A DNA stretch of 64,000 nt from Hydrolagus colliei. Lineage: Eukaryota. The stretch covers positions 9,920,001 through 9,984,000 of the forward strand of contig CM068755.1 in the NCBI GenBank assembly GCA_035084275.1, written 5' to 3'. The notes beneath the pieces were generated by a model, which was not told the origin of the DNA, made no database searches, and was given only the letters and a program-made list of their open reading frames with translations. This document shows positions 25,001 through 36,932 of this stretch, in pieces. The translations under genes were made by a program, and so were the position numbers. How positions within the stretch are numbered: position 1 is the stretch's first letter; every line of letters begins with the position of its first letter.

Positions 25001-28000
25001 AAGATGACAGGCACGTAGGAATAGAATTGCAATGGAGCGAGGCAGTACAGATATATTTTGTTGCAACATCACCCTGAGGTACAGAGTGAGTATTACAACT
25101 GAAATTGTACCATTATATATACTGTATTACATTGCAATTTATCTTACTCTGCAGGGCGTCCGATGTGAACCCAGCAATGTGGTGGATTATGAACAGATTG
25201 ACCGAGATGCAAAGGTATGTGCCTTCTTTGCAGGTACTTAGCTGGGAAAATAATTTAAATCGTGCTATTTGTGTCACTCCTAGCGTTGATGCTAGCACGC
25301 TTAAAATAGACTACACCAACAAAATGAATGGGAGAAAAAAATTAATATTAGCAAAACTTATTGAAATACAGTAATCCACTATCTCAGACTGAGAAACTCA
25401 CTGAGTTGTATTTGGCTCAGATCTGTCTGCAAATTTCATATTATTGTTCTGTTTATTTAAACCCCAGCATGAGTATTCCTTTGGGAGAGGGAAGAATGGG
25501 GGTGAGGGGAGTTGGAACAACAAGGAAAGCCTTTCTCCAATGCTGTACTTGTTTGGCAACACCTGTAAATCTGCAGGAATCGCATCATTCTAAGAATTTG
25601 TTCTGACAGAGAATTCCTGCTTGTTTCTCCTCAGGACCTTCACGATGCTATGACTAAGAAAAAGGAAAAGGACTTTTCCAGGTGGATCAGCATCTTGACC
25701 GAGAGAAGCATTCCACACCTCGACAAAGGTTAGAGAATGGCTGAGGCCAATGTGGTCTACTATAAAACTTCTGCAACCAGCCTTGGCACATTCTCCATTC
25801 AAACTAACACTTACTTGGCAAATAAATGCAAAGTGTTTCCATTTCATCATAAACATTCAGCTTGTGAGGACAGATGCAATCATTCTCTTTTGAGTTTCCA
25901 AAGAAACCCAAGTTCTTTGGAGTATGCTTGGATTCAGCATATTGCTTTGAATATTGAGGAACAACAAGCTAGCACATTAGGAAATCCTCTAATATTTTTA
26001 AAGCTGTGGAAAATGTACAGCAAAGCATTCTTGCTGTAAAGATTACCTAACAGATTAGTACTTTTGTTGTGATCATTGGGTAAATTATGTTTTCCAAAGC
26101 CACTTGGAAAGGTTAAAATCGGTAATAAGGACTCTTACCTTAGTGAACGTCTCCCATTTAGTCTTTAGCCCTTCCACTCAGTTTTGTGTTGAACATTTTA
26201 TGGGTTTAAATGAAACCTAGGCATAACTTAACCCACTATTTTTGCATTGAGTGAGATAAAGTCAAGTGGCTTTTCTTTGTGTGGTTATTTCTCTCAATGT
26301 AAAAACCTAGTCTAAACCCTTAATAAGACAATGGCTTTGCCTTCTTCTTGCATTGGTTTACTACAGTGGAGTTGGGGAAGAGGGGTAACCCATTAACCAG
26401 ATAAGCAAGTGCATTACTTAAGAAGTGGACAGTGCTTCCAACATAGGATATTTCACATGAATTGCTGTTACATTTAGTGACAGTCTTCAAATGAAGTTCA
26501 TGCAGATCAATTGGTCAAGTGCTTCTTTCTAAGGCAGATCACATACGATCTACTATACAACTAACAACAATAATACTTGCATTTGATGTAGCGCCTTTCA
26601 TGACATGAGGTTGTGTCAAAGCACTTTGCATGATTTATGGTGTAGTGACTATTTTGTAAGTGAATGCTGCATCCAATTGTACACAGTAATGTCCCCCAAA
26701 CAGCCATGAAGTTTTTTAACCTGCCCGTTTTATATTCTAGTTACATTGGAGTGATTTTTATGTTATTTTTTTCCCTCTGGGTTAGTGTTTACTCGATACA
26801 GGACCTACAGTCCCATGGAAATCACTGAGACTATCAAAAAATGTGCTTCTGGAGATGTATCAGATGGACTGATGACTTTGGGTAAGTGTGTTCTGTTATA
26901 TTTCATCTCTCTTCTAATGATATTGATTTTTAAAAAATTAGTAGATAAGATTTAAAATGGGATTGAGAAAGTTTTCCCAGAACATTTCTTTCAGATACAC
27001 CAAGACAGCAGAACAAGAAGGCAAAGGTTCAGAGTTGCACAGAGCAATTTGAGTACAGATATTAGGAAGTGTTTCTTTACACATAGAGTAATTCATAACT
27101 GGATCAGGTTAGCAGGTTGGGGCTAGGTTGCTGGACTGATTTAAGAAATGGCTTGATACTGTGATAGGAATTGGTAGGAATGGGGCTTCTGGAAGGATGA
27201 GATCAATTTCAAGTGGAAAACGCCTAAAAGGAAATTAATCTATTTCTGATTGTCAATGTTGACTGACTAAGTTCAAAAACAGTATATCTGAGGAAAGGAT
27301 TTCTTAATAAAAAAAGTAATATAAATTTTTCATCATACAGTAGGAATATATTTGATAATGGTCTTATTGTCATCTCTCTACAGTGCAGTGCATTCAAAGC
27401 AAACACAAATATTTTGCTGATAAACTGATCGAAGCAATGAAGGTAGTGTACTGTTTTGTAACTCTTGCATGGAATACATATCTTTATCTCATTGAATGGA
27501 GACTAACAGACTTGTGCCATTTTTAGGGCAAAGGAACAAATGAGAAGCTTCTCACTCGGATCATGGTGTCTCGTTGTGAGATTGACCTGCTCTATATCAG
27601 GAAAGAATTCAAAAAGAAACAGGGCAAATCTCTTCATTCAGCACTTATTGTAAGTTACTGTTTTATATCATGAGATTCTGGCATTCCAACACAGTGCTGC
27701 TTTCACTCCAAACAGTCTTCATTGTCTGCTGCATTTTTGCATTTAATTTAAGTACAAATAATAATAAGAATAATAGATGAAATATCTAATAATTCACATT
27801 TGTGTATCTAATAATTCACATTTGTATGTCATATATCCAGCTGATAAATATAAATATATAATTAGCTGATATAATATGAATTTAAGTTTCTTACTTGGGA
27901 TGCAACAATGTTGGCTATAACCTCTTTTCTTTCTGGTCTAGGATGAGACGAAAGGAGATTATCAAAGGGCACTGCTGTCGCTGTGTGGAGGAGATGATGC

Positions 28001-28004
28001 ATAA
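18997..28004 (+). CDS. ANXA2: Annexin A2, 12 coding exons, 337 aa
   Basis: Exons 18997-19047, 19537-19624, 20256-20350, 20996-21109, 22940-23030, 23608-23687, 25155-25214, 25635-25728, 26786-26881, 27384-27442, 27527-27649, 27942-28004. Core exon sizes 95/114/91/80/60/94/96/59/123 are annexin-typical. ANXA2 signatures: [47 protein letters not shown]. Syntenic with ICE2. Confidence 0.95.
19537..19624 (+). CDS. ANXA2: ANXA2 exon ([30 protein letters not shown])
   Basis: ttacag|ACA ... AAAG|gtaagt. Confidence 0.92.
20256..20350 (+). CDS. ANXA2: ANXA2 exon ([31 protein letters not shown])
   Basis: tgtag|GT ... AAG|gtgagt; 95 bp. Confidence 0.95.
20996..21109 (+). CDS. ANXA2: ANXA2 exon ([14 protein letters not shown]...LYQAMK)
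   Basis: tgcag|AAA ... AAG|gtgagt; 114 bp. Confidence 0.95.
21558..22148 (+). mobile_element. CR1 LINE 3' end (RT C-terminus plus 3' UTR), relatively young
   Basis: ORF 21601-22017 ([43 protein letters not shown]) and the ttcttatgttctt terminus. Confidence 0.95.
22309..22323 (-). promoter_or_regulatory. CTCF-like motif, copy 1
   Basis: Reverse complement TGCCACTAGATGGCA with an upstream TGCAG module. Confidence 0.55.
22680..22694 (-). promoter_or_regulatory. CTCF-like motif, copy 2
   Basis: Identical motif within a 64-bp direct repeat. Confidence 0.55.
22940..23030 (+). CDS. ANXA2: ANXA2 exon ([18 protein letters not shown]...)
   Basis: ttacag|GGG ... GAAG|gtaagt; 91 bp. Confidence 0.95.
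23170..23460 (+). mobile_element. Degenerate CR1 fragment
   Basis: Decayed match to the 21.7-21.9 kb CR1. Confidence 0.55.
23608..23687 (+). CDS. ANXA2: ANXA2 exon ([26 protein letters not shown])
   Basis: tgcag|CT ... AAG|gtactg; 80 bp. Confidence 0.92.
24691..24990. mobile_element. tRNA-SINE head (+, 24691-24880) fused to an inverted SINE tail (-, 24881-24990)
   Basis: gtagctcagtggttagagcact head, then ataataatccttgcc...gacgtctcaaagcg in the opposite orientation. Confidence 0.8.
25155..25214 (+). CDS. ANXA2: ANXA2 exon ([20 protein letters not shown])
   Basis: tgcag|GGC ... AAG|gtatgt; 60 bp. Confidence 0.93.
25635..25728 (+). CDS. ANXA2: ANXA2 exon ([31 protein letters not shown])
   Basis: cctcag|GAC ... 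AAAG|gttaga; 94 bp. Confidence 0.92.
26786..26881 (+). CDS. ANXA2: ANXA2 exon ([31 protein letters not shown])
   Basis: gttag|TG ... TTGG|gtaagt; 96 bp. Confidence 0.92.
27384..27442 (+). CDS. ANXA2: ANXA2 exon ([19 protein letters not shown])
   Basis: ctacag|TG ... AAG|gtagtg; 59 bp. Confidence 0.92.
27527..27649 (+). CDS. ANXA2: ANXA2 exon ([21 protein letters not shown]...)
   Basis: ttttag|GGC ... ATT|gtaagt; 123 bp. Confidence 0.95.
27942..28004 (+). CDS. ANXA2: ANXA2 last coding exon ([20 protein letters not shown])
   Basis: tctag|GAT ... TAA at 28002-28004. Confidence 0.95.
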   Translation, partial: DETKGDYQRALLSLCGGDDA

Positions 28005-28450
28005 ATGCGGAACCACAGATGTGAATTCGAATCTAGTGCATTCTTGCTTTTATCTACAAATAATTGCTACCTAAAAACTGCGCAGCAACAATATTTTGCT
28101 TTGACTACTTAACCTTTCTCATATATAGTTTGCGTAAAAGCACAGATTTCTAGAATTATAAGAAGCACAGTGTTGTGCTTGAAAATTTCACTCCCTCAGC
28201 AATCCAGGTGTACAGGTAGATCTTTGTAAAAGCCTTAATAGATCAACTGGAACTTGAAACAATGGCATTGAGCTGGCAGCATCACTGTGCTGTGCACCTG
28301 ATGTTTTAGGGTAGACTAGATATGCAGAATATTGTCTGATTTATTGCAGGGTGTCAGCATGCATAAAGTGTTCTGTACCGTACAGTGCTTTTGTTCTGAA
28401 CAATATCCAAACTATGCCAGTGATTCAAGCAGGTTTGAGGGGTTTGTTAC

Positions 28451-28456
28451 ATTAAA
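28451..28456 (+). terminator. Candidate ANXA2 polyadenylation signal (ATTAAA)
   Basis: ATTAAA about 450 bp after the stop, followed by T-rich sequence. Confidence 0.4.
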
Positions 28457-28624
28457 TTAAAAAAATTGTAATTACTGATGTGAACTTTAAATTTTGAATT
28501 ACTATTTTTTACTTTGCGTCTGGAGGTGCAAGAATAATATGCAAGAGAAATGAAAACTCATCAAGAAAATATGTAAAATTTGTATTATATCAGCCTTCCC
28601 AATTCCTCCCTCCACAGGCTGCAG

Positions 28625-29149
28625 ATAACTCTGCAGCCTGTGTCCTTTTCCGTTCCAAACTCCACATCTCCCCCATCCTTGCCCCACTCCATTGGCTCCC
28701 CATCATCCAGAGGATCCAATTCAAGATCCTGGTCCTCGCATTCAAAGCCCTGCACAACCTCGCCCCACCCTACATCCGTGACCTCCTATCCCATTACCAA
28801 CCTGCCCGTTGCCCTCCGTTTAGAAGATTCTGGCCTGCTCCACGTCCTCTGACCCACCCGCCCAACCATTTGTGGGCGAGCCTTCAGCCACTCTGCCCCC
28901 AACCTCTGGAACTCCACCCCAAAGTCCCTCCGCCTTACCACCTCACTGGCTTCCTTCAAGTTTTGCCTCAAGACCCTCCTTTTTGATGGACCCATCAGCA
29001 ACTCCTTACTCCCCCACTTCTACCCCCCCCCCCCCCCCCCCTCCCCCCCACCACCCCTTTCCTCAGCTCGTGTCTGAAGCAGTGACTGTCCAGCACCTTG
29101 GGATGTCCTCCTGATGTGAAAGGCGTAATACAAATGTGATTGTGTTGTT
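28625..29149 (+). mobile_element. L2-like LINE 3' fragment with poly-C tract
   Basis: LHWLP..QRIQFKILVLAFKALHNLAPPYIRDLL remnant; tail gtgaaaggcg...ttgtgttgtt. Confidence 0.85.
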
Positions 29150-32100
29150 ACAAAAGAACATGAAGAACAGAAAGTCAGATGCAATTGACATCATTCAGTT
29201 ATATTATCAGCCATAGCCAACTTCTTCATCTCTCATGTTTGATTCGGAAGAGGTTTGTGAGCAATGATCAGAAACTCAATGGGAGCAACACGAACACTTT
29301 TGCAGTCTCTCGAGGTATCAGGCAGATTGGAAATATTGGAAATACATTTTGTTAACTACTCCAGATTAAATTTTTAAATTGCACTGACTCACTTAAACTG
29401 CAGGTGTTTGAATAGGCCAATTTTGTTTAATTATTTGCTAAATTATACTCTTTCTGGAAAAGCAGCTGCTTTGCTAAATGTACAAGTTTGGCTTAGATGG
29501 TAGCACTCTCCTCTCTGGGTAAGTTATTTTTTGGTTTAATGCTCATGGTTGAGTTTGAGCTCATCATCTTTTGTGCAGATATTTGCAGGCCAAATGTTGG
29601 CTGAATGAAATATTCTATTGACATAGCATTTCAGAGCACACAGATTTTGGCAATTTAAAAAATATATTAATGGAGAAGATTGGCATAGTGAAATTAGAGA
29701 GCAAAATTCCTCAAGATGTAAGGTTTGTATTGGGGTTAGTTTTGTTTGGTGTTCTTCCAAAAGAGCCTGTTTAGCTTAAGTTCATAATAACAGAAAGCCC
29801 TCATTTAGTTAATAAACACAAAAGGTGAAAGTACGTTGTAGATTGTACATTGCTTACAGATGTCCTGACAGATAATACCTGAAGAGGAGGTGTGACAGCT
29901 CCTAACGTGTTCCACCTGACACAATTGACACCCACATGTACTTGGAATTCCTATCTAGTAATGCCTGTTCAATTTCTAGCTCAATTGTTGGTTTATAGAT
30001 CTGTGCCATTTGTTCTGGAAAACTAGGGCCTGGAATTCTTTTTTGTCTGACCCTTCATAGCATTGTTTCAAAATTTAAGATCATTGCAGATTTTTGGACA
30101 AATATTGAATTGGGGATTAATTTGGAAGCTGGCAGTTCATTGTGGACAATGGTGTTACACCCTACATCCTGTTATTTTGAGTGCTTGATGTCAGTTCTGT
30201 TGATACAGCCTCTGTTATTTTTTCAATATTGTCCTCAAGTCAAGTCGGCCTTCCAAGTTTCAACATGAGTATAACTCCTGTAATGGGGCACTTCCTTGAA
30301 GTCTGTCAAAGAAATACTCTCCTCAAATCAAAGCTTGCCTGCAGCCTGTGGCGTCGCTGGGTTAACATTCATCTCATTCTGTCACAACTTCCTCCCAGTT
30401 ACCACCTGTGTCTTTATTGCCTTACAACCAGACAAAGCTTTGAAGAGCATAGATGGTTATCTCCGCCCTTTAGACAGGGATAGCAAGCAAGAGTGAAATA
30501 CTGGGAAATTATCCTTGAAGACAGAATGCTTCTGCTTGATGTATAATTTGCATTCGCTGGCCATGAACTTTTGAAAACTGAACACATTGTTGTACGTCTC
30601 TCACTTGCATTTCCTCTGGTTCAAAAACTCTGGATTTGGTCCAGAATGAAACGTTCTTTGACAAGATGCAGTTTATATTTGCTGGAAGGCCATACTGGTA
30701 GAATCAATTGAGATTAAAATAATTTGATGGAAACTTGGAAAAGAAGAGTATTAAAGGAAATATAGAACAGATAAGAAAATGGGATTAAAGCAAATTGTCA
30801 TTCTCTAATAAACTGGTGGTAGAAATTGGTGGTAGAGAATGACAAATTGTCATTTTCTAATAAACTCAATGGGCTAAATGGTTGCCTTCTGTTCTTATTT
30901 ACAAGAATGAATATTGTTTTCAGAATCAAGCTCATATAACAGAATTAGATGAAGGTCTGCCCAAAGTACCAGGAAAACATACATGTTTTGTGTTATGTTT
31001 CAATACCCAGGGAAATGGATGCTTCAAACATAAGCCTCCCAACTCCTTTCAGATGTGTCAGGAAAGGGATATCTCTGATGTATTGCATTCCATCACAGAA
31101 CAACAAAGAAGCAAATCTTCCTTTGCTGCTCTTCTTAACATAGAAAACAGATTGGCTTATATTTGCATATGAATCAAATCTCCCTTTCTCTCGAGACTTT
31201 GTAAAACAGCTTTGTGAAGCTGCTTTGTTTACAGCTATACAATGGGCTGTGAATCTAGAGATAGACAAATTTGGCTACTGACTACTCTTGTACCTTCCTG
31301 TTTTCTGACAGTCAGCCCCCTCTTCAGTGCTCTTCCATGTCTGATACTTGGATGCAAGGCTAACCCTCACAAACCTGTGCATGTGTGAACAAATACTGGT
31401 CAAAAGTTATTTTAATAGGAATTGCTCATATTTTACTCTAGCCTCAAGAAATATAATCCTAGCATGATTACTGCTTCCGTTTTGAGCAGTAAAGAATATT
31501 GTGAAAAATAGAGCTTCTTTCATTTCGCTTCCAAACACACAAATGTGGGAGTGTTTGAGGTTTTGGTGGAGTCCACGAACTGCTGCTCACTGATCTCCTT
31601 CCAGCACTCTTGAGTGTCCTTTGTACTTTTCACAAATCTTTCGTAACATCTGAAAGACAAGAGGAATGTTTGAATGGTGCCTATTTGGGTATGAGCTCCA
31701 ATCTTCTCAATATTAACTCTGTTTTTTATCCCGCCAATTTTCAGATCAACAAACCTTCATGTCCAACTCATGCAAATCACTTTTAAACCAAATACTGTAC
31801 TTGAGTGAAATTATTCTGTTAAATCCAGAGGTCTCCATTTAATAGGTTATGGCTTGACATGTCTGTTTGTACATTTACTGCCAGCTGTGGTGTTTTTCCC
31901 CCATTTTAACGCTTTTTTTCTCACCATTTCCAAGCAATTTATTTGCACCTCAGAGTGTTATTTTGTTTCCATAAGAATTCTCCTTTCTTCAGGTAAGAGG
32001 ACAATAATAATCCTGTCTTAACTTTCATGTGAAAGTGAAAACCTTTCATAACAATATCATGAAAACATTTACAGAAAAAGGCCAGTAAACAAAGCAAAAC

Positions 32101-32579
32101 CCACATATATAGCCTTCAAACATTCCTTTTAAAATTATGCTATGAAACGCAGGCTATTTTTTCAGTTTGGAGGCATGGAGGAAAGAGAAAGAGCCCGACA
32201 CTAAAATGTGGTGATAAAGTCTAACTTACATTTTATTTATACTCCCCACTGCATATCCTGTCAAATTGGAGCCAAACCACATCACACCAAATGGTGTTTT
32301 CCTGCTATTCTATATTCTGGTATATTCCTGGTAGATCATTTAGAACTCTGCAGCTCATGTCCACTCCCACACCAGGCTTTGTGACCCTATCATCCCCAGC
32401 CTCTCCTCTTGCTCCTTATCCTGAGAATAGAGTTAAAAATCCTTGCTCTTACTTTAAATGCCCTTCACGGGCTAGCTCCTCCTTGCCTCTGTGACCTGCA
32501 ATCTCCACATCGTTTGCTCCCTTTGCTCAGCAGGCTCTGGCATGCTCCGTCTCCGCCATCATTGATGACAAAGTCACAT

Positions 32580-32895
32580 GGAGTCATGTAGCCCAGTGGT
32601 TAGACCACACGCCTCACAACAGAGAGACGTGTGCGTTCGATTCCCAATAGGGTGAAAACTTGGGCAAATTTCCTTACTCCACAAGCCTAAAAATAACCTA
32701 AAAAAACAATAATAATTTGGTCACTCAATCCATGATTGTTTGTGGGTCACTGCTGTGCACAATTGTCTGCCACGTTTCGTCCACAAATATAGTTAATTCA
32801 CTTTACAGTATATTCTGTGAAGTGCTTTGAGATGGCTTGAAGACACAAAAAGCGCTATATCAAATGCAAGGATTATTATTAGTATTATTATTATT
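32580..32895 (+). mobile_element. tRNA-derived SINE, full length, nested in an L2 fragment (~32380-33045)
   Basis: Same family as 13833-14125. Confidence 0.85.
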
Positions 32896-34272
32896 GCCGT
32901 TAGGCCTTCAGCCTCTCTTTCCCTATCATTTGGAACCCTATCACACAGTCCTTTCGCCTTGTTCACTCTCTTGCCTCATTCAAGGCATGTCCCAATACCA
33001 TCTTCTTCAACGGCACCTTCAGTAATCCTCTTAACCCTACCCTACTGGCCCTCCCTGCAAAGTTCAAGGATTATCAAATGCAAGGATAATATTATTATGA
33101 GCTGCAATGGGTTGGGTGCCTCTCAACAACCTCAATATGCATTTATACAGTTTGTTTCACTGTACAAGTATTGTGAAACTTGCCAGAGCTTCATAGTGTC
33201 GAGTAAGAGATGTCATTTATTATTACACAATGTACTACTTTGAAATTGAATGAACAAATGGTGCATTATTATCCCTGTAAGGTATTTGGTAAGTTATTTT
33301 CATCATAATTCACCTGCATATGTTACCTGTTGAGTATGTGGGATCTTTTTCAATCTTCCTCCCATTGTTAATATAGGAGTACTGTGATCGAGGAACGTAG
33401 GCCTTATTACAGGAGTAAGACAATTAACACAAACACACTGCAACATGCAATTTCTTCTCTTGCTCCTCCATGACAAAGGATAGCGCAACTGTTTGGGTTT
33501 AATTTTGTCCTGTGAACCATGACACTATTGCAGCACTATATTTCCTACGTGGTGTTAAAAGTGTGGTATCTGTCACTCGGCAGGAGTTTAAAACCACCTC
33601 TTATAATTGTTTGTGCCTAAGGTAATTCTCAACTCTTTTCCCCCCAAAAAATGACTTAGGGACTTGCAAGCAATATTTCTACTAATTGCCTCATTGGCTC
33701 TATGTACAGCAGAAAAGTCATGAAACAGCTGGAAAGCCGCCCTTCATCATATCGGATCACATCTCCACAGAGTTACTAACCGGCAGACCCACACAGCTGC
33801 ACATTCCTCTTTCAGTGCTGACTTTCTGACAATGCTTATATCGCTTTGCAAGAGTTAAAACTCATTTTATTTTTGGTGCTTCTATGACTTTCATCTCTTG
33901 GATGGTCCTCTAGGTAGACTTGCTATTGGCATACAAATCCATTGTATGTACAGACAATTTAAAGGTTAATTTGTTTCTCCAACTGTAAATATAATAAGGG
34001 TAATAATTTCCTTGCATTTGATATAACCCTTATCATGTCATTGGGACATCTCAAAGTACAGTACTTAACAGAATATATTGTCGCAATTGTGCCATCGTTG
34101 TGATTGTGGACATGCGATATTAGCTAATTCAAAAAGAATGGTTACAATGTACTTAAATGGCTGGCTTAATAAAGATATAATAGGAGTTTCTATTATTGCT
34201 CTGTGTTGTCCCCACTAGAATGACCAGGGAATGCTGGGGAATGGCAGATCAGCAAGACTGTGTCCTCGATAT

Positions 34273-34573
34273 GGAGTCTTGTAGCTCAGTGGTTAGAGCA
34301 CTCGCCTTACAAGTGTGAGACCTGTGTTTGAATCCAGGCAGGTCAGGATGAAACCTTGGGCAGGTTTCCTTACTCTACGCGCCTAATAATAATTCCTCCA
34401 AAAAAATTATAATTTCAATCCTCAACCGTTTGTGGGTCACGAGTGTGCACAATTGGCGGGCGGCTGTGTTTCGCCCACAAATAATTCAATTCACTTTATA
34501 GTATATTTTGTGAAGTGCTTTGAGACATCTGGAAGACATGAAAAGCACTGTATCAAATGCAAGAATTATTATT
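34273..34573 (+). mobile_element. tRNA-derived SINE, full length
   Basis: ggagtcttgtagctcagtggttagagcact ... tcaaatgcaagaattattatt. Confidence 0.85.
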
Positions 34574-36554
34574 ATATAATATGAGTCACGGTGGATGTTT
34601 CCAGTGCTCATCAGATTAGCACTGAGATGTGAACTGTTCTTGTAAAACTGTGAAATCTGCAATAGATATTCTGTCTGGTTGCGCCCTCCATAGAATGTAA
34701 GTCCTCCAAATTCTGTGCATTTATGAGTAGGCAGGCAGATAGATACTTAGAAAACTGCAGATTTTTTTTGTGACAACTCTGAAGTTTATAGTGATTGTCT
34801 CTGTTGTGTGTATCTTGTACTGATTTAGAAATTCCTTCTGAGGGCGCTAAAGTATCTACTTTTACACTGTTCTCTATTTCAATCATCCATGGACCACAGT
34901 AATAGTTCACAGCAAACATATACTGTGGTACTCTATTACACCACTATAAGAGCACAGAGGAAAGAGTTAAAGGAACAGAAAGAATCTATATCAGATCCTT
35001 ATCCTTTGAATGAAAAAAGTATTTTTATTCTTATCATTTGGCTCAGCCTTTTGAAACTCAGGCAACAAAGGTACTGTTCGTTTTGTAAACTGAGATTTGT
35101 TTTTCTGTGTTGCAATTTGACTTGGCACTTCAATGAACATGTGGTGTGTGTGTATCAGACTTGCATTTTTTTTAATTTCGGTTTATTTCCGAATCTTCAC
35201 TGCTCGGGAGTGCAATCATTACGGGTACGGTAATTGCTCTTTTAATTTTTCTCATTGTCATCTAATTTACGATATTCGCAAAAGGTGCGAGACAGGAGAT
35301 GCTAATATGAGCCTCCTCAGTTGGCTCAAGTGGTGAGGTTCCAGTCAGAGATATCTGAAAGAATAATAATAATAATCCTTGCATGTGATAATAGTGCCTT
35401 ATCACGTCTTCTAGACGTCTCAACGCGTTTAATGCAAGTCGGAAACGCACAGTTTTGTGGAGATACTATGTTGTTCAATGCTTTTCTGTTTACTATTTTG
35501 GAGGTTTTCAAATCGCTGATCTCAGTCTGACTGCCCAGGCTGATTGAGGAAGCGCAAAATAGAGCTTTAAACATTTATGTTCCCAATCATTATTTCCCTG
35601 TTTATCCCTGATATCAGGAAAGCAAGAATTGAGGTCAACGTTACCCTTTTTATTTAAAAAAAACTGAAATCACTTCAAAATGAAAATCTGACTTCATTTC
35701 AGCCGGTGGGAGAAAACAAACCCTCACTGTGGGTTTGTTTTCTTGTTTGTATTTTCTTCTCCATTCCTTCTCACCTGCATCTTTTGCACCACTTGCTGCT
35801 GACTCCTCAACCTCCCATTAACAATCCTCCATGTGTGCTAATGGCTTGGCATTTCCAGAGTTAATCAATTTTAATCTACTCCCATGCGTTCTTTTGGGGC
35901 TTTTGTCTTGCCCTCCTCAATCTTATGCAAGGTCTCTACAGACCACTGTTGCAGTTTAATGAAGGCGGGTGACCAAACTGTTAACCTAGGTCTCTCTTTC
36001 GGATTTCCAGTGGTAATTTTTGGTAAATCATTCCACGTATCACACTGCGCTGAATGTAAACCTATGTACTTATGTTACTGCTGTGCAGGCTATCGTTTCA
36101 GTTAATGTTATAGTTTATGAAGAGTGGAGTGTGGGGGTTGGTGTCAGTCATGTGCCTGAGACATGAGAAAACCCATCAACAATGCTTAAGAGCATGCAAA
36201 TCAAAGTAATGAGAGCTTCACGTAAGCATCGAATGGAATGGACGCTCTTTCCACAGAGGCAATCCAATTCCGGAGATACTAACCCAATCCCAGAAACGCT
36301 AATCCTATCCAAAAAAGTATGCAGTGCAGGTTGGTAATAGACAAGGCTTGAGGTTCCCAGAGTGTGATTTGGGGGTACTGCTGGAATCAGTTTAGCTAGA
36401 ACTGAATGGCAAGATTCCCACTAATTGTTCAGTTCGGGCAGAAGTGCTCAACCTCTTGGATTGGCCAAGAAATAAATGTTTCTTGATTTTTTTGATTCAT
36501 GGCTAAGCTATTTTGATATTTCCATGATTATTTTGTTGGCCAACTGACAAGTTA

Positions 36555-36932
36555 GGACCACTTGTTTTCAAGTCCTTCCACTACTCTGCACCCCCCGGCT
36601 CTCTGATCTCCTCTCTCCCCAAGCCAGCACTCGCTGCCTTCGCTCCACCGGGTCTGGCCTCCTCCATGTCCCCTGAATCCTCCGTTCCACCCTCGGTGGC
36701 CCTTGCCTTCAGCCACTATGCCGCGAGGCTGGAACTCCCTTCCTCACTCCCTTTGCCTTGCCCTCTCTCTTCCCAGTTTCAGGTCACAGCTAAAGACCTT
36801 TCTTTTCAACTGCGCCTTTGGTCACCTTTCTACCCCTGCCCCTGGTTCGGTCCCGGGATCCACTACTTTGAAACGCTCTGAGACACCGTCCGACGTGGAG
36901 GGCGCTATATAAATTGATGTTGTTGTTGTTGT
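36555..36932 (+). mobile_element. L2-like LINE 3' fragment
   Basis: WNSLPHSL...FRSQLKTFLF; (GTT)n terminus. Confidence 0.85.

Noticed and set aside
29879-29910. CTGAAGA-GGAG...CTCC-TAACG hammerhead-like string
   Set aside because: The GAAA box is absent and I could not find stems I or III.
34273-34345. tRNA-like sequences (also at 1570-1639, 13833, 24691, 32580, 41800, 53160)
   Set aside because: Each continues into the SINE body or tail and has broken stems; these are SINE heads, not tRNA genes.
35050-35080. gcaacaaag|gtactgtt resembling the end of the ANXA2 exon at 23687
   Set aside because: Match is too short and the upstream sequence does not encode annexin; not enough to call a pseudo-exon.
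35711-35743. 13-bp perfect inverted repeat
   Set aside because: Short and low-complexity, with no supporting context.
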